Shown here in pieces: positions 1-9,165 of a DNA stretch of 41,464 bases. Position numbers and translations under genes: made by a program. Position 1 is the first letter of the stretch; each line of letters opens with the position of its first letter. The notes beneath the pieces are model-generated. The model was given only the letters and a program-made list of their open reading frames with translations, made no database searches and was not told where the DNA came from. Source of the DNA: Methanobacterium sp. (GTDB lineage Archaea; Methanobacteriota; Methanobacteria; Methanobacteriales; Methanobacteriaceae); NCBI GenBank assembly GCA_003166335.1, contig PMWA01000104.1:6918-48381 (forward strand), read 5' to 3'.

Positions 1-2
1 AC

Positions 3-128
3 GCTTCCAGGGGTGGGTGGATGAAATATGGAAAAAATATAAATGTTTTAACTGAGGATATGATCAGTGAAAAGGGTGATGGTACTCCATATTATGAGAC
101 CCGTGTCAAGTTGGAAAAAATTAATTAG
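3..128 (+). CDS. 3' end of a molybdopterin-dependent oxidoreductase (molybdopterin dinucleotide-binding domain), partial
   Basis: Frame 3 reads [41 protein letters not shown], resembling the GGW..N.NVLT..S..G.G..YY.TRV C-terminus of this family; 5' part is outside the window. Confidence 0.65.
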   Translation, partial: ASRGGWMKYGKNINVLTEDMISEKGDGTPYYETRVKLEKIN

Positions 129-155
129 TAATATTTAATTCGGAATTTATTAAAT

Positions 156-1259
156 TTATTTTTCTCTTTTTCCCATTATAAACTCTTCAACCATCTCTTG
201 TGCTTGGTCATCGGCGAATTGTTGGGGAGGATGCTTCATAGTATAGGCGGATATTGAAGTAAGCGCGCCGCCAATTCCTCTTTGAAGTGCTAGTTTACAG
301 CATCTAATAGCATCTATAACACATCCTGCCGAGTTAGGGGAGTCTTCTACACTTAATCTTAGCTCAATGTTCATGGGAACGTCTCCGAATGTTTTACCTT
401 CCATACGCAGGAAACATAATTTATTATCCTTCTGCCAGGGTACATAATCGCTGGGTCCAATGTGAATGTTTTCAGGATCAAGTCGGGTTTCCAGAACAGA
501 TTGTACTGCTTCAGTTTTAGATTCTTTTTTAGATTTAAGTCTGCTTCTATTTAGCATGTTAAGGAAGTCAGTATTCCCCCCTGTATTGAGTTGATATGTT
601 CGCTCGAGTTTCACACCTCTTGCTCGGAATAAATTAGCCAAGGTTCGGTGGGTTATAGTGGCACCTATCTGGGCTTTAATATCATCTCCGATTAGGGGTA
701 ATTTTTTTTCTTCAAATCGAGAAGCCCACTCGGGATCGCTTACTATAAAAACTGGCATGTTATTTATAAAGGCTAAGCCAGCCTTTAAGGCACATTCAGC
801 ATAGAAACGAGTCGCTTTTTCTGATCCTACGGGAAGATAGTTTAAAAGTATTTCTGCTCCACTATCTTGGAGCGTTTTAACTATCTCTTCTTTTTCTTTT
901 TCCCCTTCTTTTGAGACAATGAAGGTGTGGTTATCATCATATTCTGCCATGTGGGGTGCTACTCCATCTAATATTTTCCCCATGGTGACTTTGACTCCCA
1001 TTTCAGGGATTTCATTGTAGAATATTTTGGTGCAGTTAGGTTTAGCAAATATAGCTTTGCTTAAGTCTTCTCCTACTTTTCGCTGGTCAATGTCTATGGC
1101 TGCTACCACTTTTATATCTGATGGTTGATATCCGCCAATTTCCCAATGCATCAAACCAATAGCATCTTCAGGGTTTTTATCTTTATAATAATAAATCCCC
1201 TGTATTAGCGAGCTTGCACAGTTACCAATGCCAATTATGGCGATTTTAATCTTATTCAA
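156..1259 (-). CDS. ino1: myo-inositol-1-phosphate synthase (archaeal/actinobacterial type)
   Basis: IAIIGIGNCASSL Rossmann motif, NYLPVGS, GDDIKAQIGAT, QLNTGGNTDFLNM, SKKESKT, VEDSPNSAG; likely TTG start at 1259 behind AGGTG (track start 1283). Confidence 0.95.
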   Translation of the reverse strand: MNKIKIAIIGIGNCASSLIQGIYYYKDKNPEDAIGLMHWEIGGYQPSDIKVVAAIDIDQRKVGEDLSKAIFAKPNCTKIFYNEIPEMGVKVTMGKILDGVAPHMAEYDDNHTFIVSKEGEKEKEEIVKTLQDSGAEILLNYLPVGSEKATRFYAECALKAGLAFINNMPVFIVSDPEWASRFEEKKLPLIGDDIKAQIGATITHRTLANLFRARGVKLERTYQLNTGGNTDFLNMLNRSRLKSKKESKTEAVQSVLETRLDPENIHIGPSDYVPWQKDNKLCFLRMEGKTFGDVPMNIELRLSVEDSPNSAGCVIDAIRCCKLALQRGIGGALTSISAYTMKHPPQQFADDQAQEMVEEFIMGKREK

Positions 1260-1578
1260 TTCACAACACCTTCTAAAAAGCACTATTATATAAGAATGTT
1301 AAATTAGTGCTTTTAATTTATTATTTTAAAATTAAAAATGTATAAATTTCGTAGGTTCATAAGTCTTGGAAAGTTCTCTTTAAACTATAATTTGCTTATT
1401 ATATAATTAAATGTTTCGATCAACTCTTATAATAATTCTTTATTAAAAAAAAGAGACAATATAAAACATCTCTCATAAACTAAATAAGAGATTTATTATA
1501 TTAACATAATTGCAACAGATTTAAAACATTAATTTGGATATGCGAATATAATTTAATCAATTAAATGTTCTGGTTCTT

Positions 1579-1881
1579 TTATAGTTTACGTTGATCTATT
1601 TCTAATCCTCTCATGCAATAAAAGTTATAAATAACTCCAATTTTAAATTTAGCTGCAAAAGGACAGGTGGGGCACATACAACCCTTCTCTTTTTTAACAC
1701 AATTGCTTTTACCTTTTATACAAAAAATATTTTCTTCAGTCTCCTTTGCGCATTTGTTATAGGTGGGGCAGATGGGACAAACACAATCTACTTGTAATTC
1801 TTTGATTTTTTCTCTTCTTTTATCTTCAGACATTCCATTTAACTGATTTGTTAATTCCTCAAAGTTATCCACGGGCATCAC
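1579..1881 (-). CDS. DUF2769-type small Cys-rich protein (paralog 2)
   Basis: CxCPxCPTY..C..FC..GKS.C..CMCPxC..YC pattern with 10 Cys; exact start uncertain. Confidence 0.8.
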   Translation of the reverse strand: MMPVDNFEELTNQLNGMSEDKRREKIKELQVDCVCPICPTYNKCAKETEENIFCIKGKSNCVKKEKGCMCPTCPFAAKFKIGVIYNFYCMRGLEIDQRKL

Positions 1882-1947
1882 CTATAATATTTTTTTTTAA
1901 ATTAATTTAAATAATTAATTATCATCCATTATTGTTGGTTTTTAATG

Positions 1948-2241
1948 TTATTTACGTTGTTCTATTTCCGAACCCCTTATACAGTAAGTGGTGTAATTGG
2001 CTCCGAAATTTAATCTTCTTGCAAATGGACAGGGAGTGCACATACATTCAATTCTATCATTAATACATTCTTTACTCTTCCCTAAGATACAGAAAAGTAA
2101 TTCACCTGCTTCTTTTGCACATATATTATATGTAGGGCAGATGGGGCAGATACACTCTTCTTTTATTCGTTTTAATTCTTCAATTCTCTCTTCGTTAGAA
2201 AGATCCGACAAAGCTTGGCAAAATTCTTCGAAATCATCCAT
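1948..2241 (-). CDS. DUF2769-type small Cys-rich protein (paralog 1)
   Basis: Same 10-Cys pattern as the neighbour; ATG at 2241 (MDDFEE) aligns with the paralog's VDNFEE. Confidence 0.8.
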   Translation of the reverse strand: MDDFEEFCQALSDLSNEERIEELKRIKEECICPICPTYNICAKEAGELLFCILGKSKECINDRIECMCTPCPFARRLNFGANYTTYCIRGSEIEQRK

Positions 2242-2400
2242 TACTTCCGAACCCTTTTGTGATACGACAAAAAGATCAATTATCATAATCAAAATTTATT
2301 TTCTTCATTTAAATATTTAATATACTTACAGTATTTTGGATTCGGATATATGATTCAAATATTATAAGTTCTATTATGAATCAATTAATGATAAGGAGGG

Positions 2401-2814
2401 TTGAAAATGTTTATGATTAGAATTTTAAAATTAATAGGCTATGGATTTTTAGTATGGTTAATACCAACCTTAATTACAAGCGCATTGATAGTTTTCCCCA
2501 GTATAGCATATCTCTTCGATATTGTATCAGCATTGGCTATAATTATTAGTGCAGCATTGTTTTCTTATTTATATTTCAAGGATGTCCATATGAATTTTAT
2601 TAAAGAAGGAATTATAATAGGTATTACTTGGTTAATCCTCAGTATAGTTTTTGATTTAATAATGATAATTGTGGGAGTTTCAACTATTAGTTTAACCAAC
2701 TATGCATTTCTTGTAGCACCTTTATATGTAATTATACCTGTTATAACCGTTAGTTACGGTTTACATCTTGACCATAATAAGACTAACAAATTAAAAACAT
2801 TAGAAAATTTATAG
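2401..2814 (+). CDS. hypothetical membrane protein (~4 TM helices)
   Basis: AAGGAGG SD upstream; four hydrophobic segments. Confidence 0.75.
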   Translation: MKMFMIRILKLIGYGFLVWLIPTLITSALIVFPSIAYLFDIVSALAIIISAALFSYLYFKDVHMNFIKEGIIIGITWLILSIVFDLIMIIVGVSTISLTNYAFLVAPLYVIIPVITVSYGLHLDHNKTNKLKTLENL

Positions 2815-3089
2815 AATTCTAAAAAAAAATAGATTCCAGTTTCCTCTGTAGAACAAAATCAGAAGATTTGAAGGAACATCTAGTTTTATTCCTAGTAGAA
2901 ATGCTTCCCAAGTTGAGAGTAGAATTCATTTTATCTATTAATCCTATTAAAAAATAGTAACATGCTTGTTAACCAATCTTAAATGATTAATTATTCAAAA
3001 AAAAATCTCAACGAAAAAATAAATCAATTTTTTTTTATACAAAAATTTTTAAAAATTAAATTATTTATTATGGAGGATTTTTAATTATT

Positions 3090-3754
3090 TTAGAATATGA
3101 AGATATAATTCAGGAACTAGAATCACTTTCAAAACCTGAAAATGTTAAAGGAATGGCCAGATTCGACATCAATCCTCCTAAAACGTTTGCTGTGAGAATA
3201 CACGAATTAAGGCGAATAGTAAAGAAAACTGGTACAGATCATACATTGGCAGAGAAACTTTGGGTGGCAACTACAGAGAAACTAAGATCCGAGCATGGAT
3301 GATAGACGATCCACGGATGATTACCGAGGAACAAATGGATAGTTGGGTTTCTCAATTCGATTACTGGGAAATTTGAGACCAATGCTGCATGAATTTATTC
3401 CGAAACACACCATTTGCTTACCAAAAAATTTTTGAATGGAGTGAAAGTAAAGAAGAATTTATAAAAAGAGCTGCTTTCGCTTTAATGGCTGTTTTAGCAG
3501 TGCATGATTAAAAAGCGAATGATAATAAATTTAAACAATTTTATCCTACAATTATAAGAGGATCAACAGATAACCGTAATTATATTAAAAAAGCTGTTAA
3601 TTGGGCCTTAAGGCAAATAGGTAAGAGAAATAGAAATCTTAATAATGAATCCATAAAAATTGCTGAAAAAATCCAGGGAATAGATGCTAAAAGTGCTAAA
3701 TGGATCGCGGCAGACGCTTTAAGAGAGCTTAAAAGTCCAAGAATGGTAAAATAA
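3090..3754 (+). pseudogene. DNA alkylation repair enzyme (AlkD-like, HEAT-repeat) pseudogene
   Basis: Reconstructs to ..GMARFDIN..RIHELRRI..HTLAEKLW/NYRETKI..EEQMDSWVSQFDYWEI*DQCCMNLF..EEFIKRAAFALMA..HD*K..YIKKAVNWALRQIGKRN..KWIAADALREL; frameshift at ~3265, stops at 3374-3376 (TGA) and 3509-3511 (TAA), start codon lost although GGAGG remains at 3072. Confidence 0.88.
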
Positions 3755-3782
3755 ATAATAAAATTTTCTTTTTAACCATATT

Positions 3783-5150
3783 TTAAGGTTTCACTTCGGG
3801 GTATCCTGCTTTTCTCCAAGCATTCATACTACCTAACACAGTTACTACATCTTCATAACCATTCCTCAGTAGAATACTGCCGGCTATAGTGGATTTGTAT
3901 CCAGAATCACAGTAAACCACTACCTTTTTATTAAGAGGGACTCTGTCTAAATTCTCTTCTAAATATCCTAAATAGATATGATGAGCAGTTTTAATGTATC
4001 CTGTTTCCCAATCAATGATTTTTCTAACATCTAAAAGAAATAATGATTCATCAAATTGTTTTTCTCTAAGTTCCTGTACAGACCATAACTTCAGTTTTTC
4101 AATGTGTTCAGCGTGCATGTACCAGTTAGAGAATCCTACGCCGAGATATCCATAGATATTATCATATCCCAAACGAACCAGGTATCTGCGAACCTCGTCG
4201 ATGCTTTTGCCATCCTCATCTACTATAATGATAGGATCCTGATAATTAAGCATCCAACCTGCATAGGCAGGTAAACCATCCTTCCAAATACTTAAAATTT
4301 GAGGTATGTGAGCTCCACCATAACTAGTGGGATTCCTTACATCAATAATTTGAGCCCCGCTTTCATTCAACTGTTTAACTTCATTTATTTTTAAAACCTT
4401 TAATTCTGGAAGCCTGCAAATAAGATCAGGCCCTTTTAAGTTGATATCAATCATTTTATCAAAATATGGGGGATAATAAAGTTGTTCATTAAGCTTACTT
4501 TCAACAAATTCATCTTGACTGTAACTTAATAATGGGTTATTCTTTTTTTCATATCCAATAGTTGTAAGCTCTTGCTCCCTTATATCCGCCCCGCAAACCG
4601 AACCTGCACCATGAGCCGGGCATATAATCACATGATCACCTAGAGGAAGAATTTTATGAAATATGCTGTTATAAAGTTCTTCAGCTAATCTTTTTTTCTC
4701 TGATTCACCGTAAAGATCAATTCTACCAGTCTCCCCAGCAAATAATGCATCACCAGCAAAGATCAAGTAAACATCTTCTGAGATATCTGTATCCTTCACA
4801 GTGATAGATATGCTTTCATCAGTATGACCTGGTGTATCTATAATTTCTAGTTCAATAGATCCCAACTGGAATTTATCCCCTTCATACACAGGGTTTCCAT
4901 AAGTGAAATCAAGCGGGGATCCATGGTAAACTTCCGCATTTACAATCTCTCTTAATTCGATTGAGCCTATAGTGTAATCTTCATTGCGGTGGGTTTCGAA
5001 TATACATTTTATCTTCAAATTATTCCTCTCTGCAATCTCCAGGTACACGTCACAATCTCTACGAGGATCAATAACTGCAGCATAACCCTTAGATCCTATA
5101 AAATAAGATTTATGAGCAATCCCCGCAGATTTCACAGTTTCAAATATCAT
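3783..5150 (-). CDS. MBL-fold protein fused to two rhodanese domains (persulfide dioxygenase-sulfurtransferase, CstB-like architecture)
   Basis: VIDPRRD, ETHRNEDY, TPGHT, AGDALF, PAHGAGSVCG; first rhodanese lacks the active Cys, second has YCDSGYKS. Confidence 0.88.
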   Translation of the reverse strand: MIFETVKSAGIAHKSYFIGSKGYAAVIDPRRDCDVYLEIAERNNLKIKCIFETHRNEDYTIGSIELREIVNAEVYHGSPLDFTYGNPVYEGDKFQLGSIELEIIDTPGHTDESISITVKDTDISEDVYLIFAGDALFAGETGRIDLYGESEKKRLAEELYNSIFHKILPLGDHVIICPAHGAGSVCGADIREQELTTIGYEKKNNPLLSYSQDEFVESKLNEQLYYPPYFDKMIDINLKGPDLICRLPELKVLKINEVKQLNESGAQIIDVRNPTSYGGAHIPQILSIWKDGLPAYAGWMLNYQDPIIIVDEDGKSIDEVRRYLVRLGYDNIYGYLGVGFSNWYMHAEHIEKLKLWSVQELREKQFDESLFLLDVRKIIDWETGYIKTAHHIYLGYLEENLDRVPLNKKVVVYCDSGYKSTIAGSILLRNGYEDVVTVLGSMNAWRKAGYPEVKP

Positions 5151-5382
5151 TCCTATCAAACCAAATTTTTTTAATCAGATTTAAGTTTTAAATATAAAAT
5201 TTTAATTTAATTTTTTACTCCAGATTAAATGACCATTAGACGTATTTGATTATGGAAAACATATGATATGAATTTTTAGTTTATCAAAGGTCAAACAAAA
5301 GAATATATACACTCATTTATAAAAGATATATAGTTAAATTAAAGTTTTTTAAGATAAAAGTTGATGATTAGGGGTCCGTTTT

Positions 5383-6327
5383 ATGGATTATATGATTGAA
5401 ACAAGTGATATTACTAAGAAATACGATGATTTTACCGCGGTTGATTCTGTTAATCTTAAAATTCCAAGAGATAGTGTATTTGGTGTTTTAGGCCCTAATG
5501 GCGCTGGTAAAACTACTTTAATTTCAATGCTCTGCACTATTTTAAGTCCCACTTCGGGAACCGCTGTGGTGAATGGGTATGATGTTGTGAAAAATTCTAA
5601 GGAAGTTAGAGCTTCTATTGGAATTGTTTTCCAGTCACGTGCTTTAGATGACATGCTCACGGGAAGAGAACACTTACAAATGCATGCTTCACTCTATGGT
5701 GTGCCTACTAATATACGGAAACAACGTATTGAAGAAGTTTTAGACTTAATAGCACTCGGCGATAAAGCTGATCAATTCACTAAAACTTATTCTGGTGGTA
5801 TGAAACGAAGACTGGAGATTGGACGGGGTTTAATTCACCATCCTAAGGTTCTTATTTTAGATGAACCCACCTTAGGTTTAGATCCTCAAACCAGGGAAAA
5901 TATATGGGGATATATTAGTAAATTAAACAAAGCTGAAGACATCACAGTTCTTATGACTACTCACTACATGGATGAAGCGGATAAACTCTGTGATAGAATA
6001 GCTATCATTAATCATGGACAAATCATCAAAGAAGATTCACCACTGAATTTAAAAAGAGAATTAAAGGCTGATACAATTACTATACAAGTTGATGAGCAGG
6101 ATAAATTCATTAAAGAAGCTGAAAAACTGGATTTTGTTAAGAAAATCTTTGTAGAGGAATCTAATATTAAATTGATGGTTGAAAGGGGTGAGAATCTGAT
6201 AGCTACTCTAGTGGATTTTGCCAACAAGAATGGTATTATGGTGAAATCCATTGAAGTAAAACACCCTAATCTAGAAGATGTTTTCCTAAATTACACAGGA
6301 ACCACCATAGCGGATAGAGGTGAATAA
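5383..6327 (+). CDS. ABC exporter ATP-binding subunit (DrrA-like)
   Basis: Walker A GPNGAGKTT, signature YSGGMKRRL, Walker B LILDEP, TTHYMDEA, C-terminal NLEDVF. Confidence 0.95.
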   Translation: MDYMIETSDITKKYDDFTAVDSVNLKIPRDSVFGVLGPNGAGKTTLISMLCTILSPTSGTAVVNGYDVVKNSKEVRASIGIVFQSRALDDMLTGREHLQMHASLYGVPTNIRKQRIEEVLDLIALGDKADQFTKTYSGGMKRRLEIGRGLIHHPKVLILDEPTLGLDPQTRENIWGYISKLNKAEDITVLMTTHYMDEADKLCDRIAIINHGQIIKEDSPLNLKRELKADTITIQVDEQDKFIKEAEKLDFVKKIFVEESNIKLMVERGENLIATLVDFANKNGIMVKSIEVKHPNLEDVFLNYTGTTIADRGE

Positions 6328-6329
6328 AT

Positions 6330-7094
6330 ATGGCGGAATTAGAGGGAATATATATTATTTGGCTTAGGGAGGCGAAGAGATATACACGTGCGCGTTCTCG
6401 AATATTTACTTCAGTGGTAACTCCACTTTTATGGCTTATAATCTTTGGATACGGATTAGGTTCAGCTTTAAAGTTCGTTACAATTACCGGAGGATATAAA
6501 GCCTTCATATTTCCCGGTATTATAGGTCAGACTATCCTCTTTACCGCTATATTTACAGGAGTTTCAGTAATTGTTGATAGGCAATATGGTTTTTTGAAGG
6601 AAATCATGGTAGCACCTATAAGTCGTCCATCAATTGTTTTTGGTAAAGCCCTTGGTATCAGCACAGCTGCCTTAATTCAAGGGGTGATATTACTTTTTTT
6701 ATCATTCGTAGTTGGAGTGACGATGACGCCAGTCATTTTCGTGTTAAGCTTCTTGCTCATGATCCCCATATCTGTGGGATTAGCTGGTGTAGGTCTCCTA
6801 ATAGCGTCTGTCACGGATAGTTTGGAAGGTTTCAATCTTATCATGAGTTTTGTTGTATTACCTATGTTCCTTTTAAGCGGAGCATTGTTCCCAGTAACAG
6901 GACTACCCAGCATACTTCAGGGCGCAGTTTATTTAGATCCTTTAACTTATGGTGTAGATGTCCTACGCCACATAATCCTGGGATATGGGGCTATACCCAT
7001 CTATATTGATGTAATAGTGATAATAGTTTTCGCTATGGTCATGATATTGGCGGCTGCGTTCATGTTCAGCTGGAGAGAACAGGAACTCATGTAA
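6330..7094 (+). CDS. ABC-2 type exporter permease (DrrB-like)
   Basis: ~6 TM; FPGIIG, DRQYGFLKEIMVAP, LSGALFP, DPLTYGVD; 2 nt downstream of the ATPase with AGGTGA SD. Confidence 0.93.
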   Translation: MAELEGIYIIWLREAKRYTRARSRIFTSVVTPLLWLIIFGYGLGSALKFVTITGGYKAFIFPGIIGQTILFTAIFTGVSVIVDRQYGFLKEIMVAPISRPSIVFGKALGISTAALIQGVILLFLSFVVGVTMTPVIFVLSFLLMIPISVGLAGVGLLIASVTDSLEGFNLIMSFVVLPMFLLSGALFPVTGLPSILQGAVYLDPLTYGVDVLRHIILGYGAIPIYIDVIVIIVFAMVMILAAAFMFSWREQELM

Positions 7095-7440
7095 TTTTTA
7101 TTTACTATCCTAGGTACCTAAAATTATTGTTTACAGAAAGTGATTCTCAAATGCATTATAAGGATGCGTAGTCCTTAAAAGGGGTTGCATGGCCTAGATG
7201 TTCTTATATGGGGAACCTTTTTGGAGTTGAAATGGAAGGGAGAAGTCCTACTTGATAATCCTATGAAATAAAAGGACAATAAGATAATCTCACATAATTA
7301 GGATATTAAACAGGATAAAAAAAAAATAATGGTAAAATTTTGGAATTTAGTTAAAGAAAACCAGAATCTAAAATACTTCTAAAGGTTCTGAATGAAAAAA
7401 AGTGAAGTAAAAAAATACAATTAAATGCTCCGACTATCCT

Positions 7441-8079
7441 TCATAGAGCATCCCATATCTTTTTTGCTTCCATTTCAGCTTTTTTAGTTTTTAATGACTT
7501 TAATTCTGAAAGTGATTTATGAAAATCACTAAATGTTTCCGTATAATCTTTTGCAAAATAGTTCATTTGGGGACTCCAATTCATTTCAGACACATATTTC
7601 AATTCACCATCAAATGTCTTTTTCCAGGGAGATCTATATTGATGTTTTTTATAATATCCATAATCTAAAAGAAGTTTGCCGGCTTTACCTAAAATTCTTC
7701 TGCAATGTTTATCGATATTATTTTTAATCTCACCAATCAAAACAGAATACGGTGAAATGTCTTCATCATTAGAATTATTTAATAATATCCTATGTTTCCA
7801 GGTTTTATCATCATTTAACTCTTTTTCAACAATTTCAGGTATTTGAGCTAATAAATCTTGATATTTAGATTTTAATTCTTTTAATTTTCCTCTATCCATA
7901 CCTATGGTAATATCGGGTTCTGATTTTACACCGTCATTTATCAATTTTTTAATCCAATCTATAGAAAAATTTTTTGTAGCATCAATGAATTCGTCAATAA
8001 AATGTTCCATATTTTTTCTTTCGATTTCAATTCTATCTTCTAAACTATCAATTTTTTCATCTAACTCTTTGATTTCCAT
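7441..8079 (-). CDS. hypothetical helical/coiled-coil protein
   Basis: 212-aa open frame, heptad-like N and C termini, no recognised family motif. Confidence 0.7.
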   Translation of the reverse strand: MEIKELDEKIDSLEDRIEIERKNMEHFIDEFIDATKNFSIDWIKKLINDGVKSEPDITIGMDRGKLKELKSKYQDLLAQIPEIVEKELNDDKTWKHRILLNNSNDEDISPYSVLIGEIKNNIDKHCRRILGKAGKLLLDYGYYKKHQYRSPWKKTFDGELKYVSEMNWSPQMNYFAKDYTETFSDFHKSLSELKSLKTKKAEMEAKKIWDAL

Positions 8080-8298
8080 ATAAAAACCATCCTAGCTTCT
8101 TAAAGTTTCTTAAACAATTTTTTATTCTTCTTAAAATTTAATATTATTTATTAAATTAGATTCTTTTTAATTTAAGTATCATTAAATCGGTTTATATGGC
8201 TAAATAAACCTTTTTTTACGGATTTATTTCATTTAAATGTGAGTGATTCCCCCTAAAAAATAAGTAAATATGAAAGGATAATTATCCTAAAAAGATAA

Positions 8299-9159
8299 TT
8301 ATCCTCCTGAATATCCAATTCCAGAGGAGGGATTATAGGTATTATTGGCTGTAAGATTATACTCTATATTATTCACTATGGCTTGTCCCTCCGGACTCTG
8401 GGCGAAGTCGATGAAGTCTTTAACATTACCCGTAGGCGTTCCTTTAACTAGGAATAATAAATTTCTAGTCAGTGGATAATTTCCATTTTGTACGCTCTGT
8501 TGTGTAAGGGTGATGTTGTCCACAGTCAGTAATTTAACTTCATTATTTAGATAATCATGAGCTACGTATCCGATGGCACCGGGGGTGACAGCCACTGTTT
8601 GTAATAGTCCGTAGTTAAATGTAGCCACTTGAACTTTAGGGCCATAAGGTTCATTAGTCATAACGAATTTTTCAAAATCAGCTCGAGTACCAGATCCAGC
8701 TTCACGGGTCACCGGGGTAATAGGAGAATTATTTCCACCCACTAGATCCCAGTTAGTGATGGTACCATTATAAATACCATTCAACTGATCAAGGGAAATG
8801 CCATTTACGGGATTTTGTTCATTCACAATTATGGAAATAGCATCCTGTCCAATAATATACTGTGACAAACCCTTCGCTTCCGAGCTGGTTAAATTCCTAG
8901 ATGAAGCTCCAATATCCACCTGTCCCGAACGCACATCATTTATACCCACGCCAGAATCACCACCACTTACTGATATTTTCACGCCAGGATGATTACTCAT
9001 GTAAGCATTAGCTAATGCCTGTGCTACCGGAGCTACAGAAGTTGACCCAGCAATAGTTATAGTATTTGAATTTGCAACATCGCTATATATTAGGTAACCA
9101 GCGATGGCAACTATTACTATAGTAAATATTACCACTGAATACTTGATTTTCACATCCAT
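8299..9159 (-). CDS. pstS: phosphate-binding protein (PstS family), N-terminal membrane anchor
   Basis: AGSTSV, SGGDSGVG, ASSR, REAGSGTR, GAIGY, YPLTRNL motifs. Confidence 0.88.
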   Translation of the reverse strand: MDVKIKYSVVIFTIVIVAIAGYLIYSDVANSNTITIAGSTSVAPVAQALANAYMSNHPGVKISVSGGDSGVGINDVRSGQVDIGASSRNLTSSEAKGLSQYIIGQDAISIIVNEQNPVNGISLDQLNGIYNGTITNWDLVGGNNSPITPVTREAGSGTRADFEKFVMTNEPYGPKVQVATFNYGLLQTVAVTPGAIGYVAHDYLNNEVKLLTVDNITLTQQSVQNGNYPLTRNLLFLVKGTPTGNVKDFIDFAQSPEGQAIVNNIEYNLTANNTYNPSSGIGYSGG

Positions 9160-9165
9160 ATTTCA

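Noticed and set aside
2819..2929. 36-codon minus-strand ORF (MNSTLNLG...)
   Set aside because: Weak SD and no recognisable features; expected by chance.
3374..3376. In-frame TGA at a probable Cys position (WEI*DQCC) suggesting selenocysteine
   Set aside because: The same gene also has a frameshift, a TAA and no start codon; Sec use is not established in this lineage. A simple nonsense mutation explains it.
7140..7270. Slightly GC-rich intergenic stretch, possible transposase remnant (KGVAWPRC)
   Set aside because: Too short and degenerate; no terminal repeats or continuous frame.
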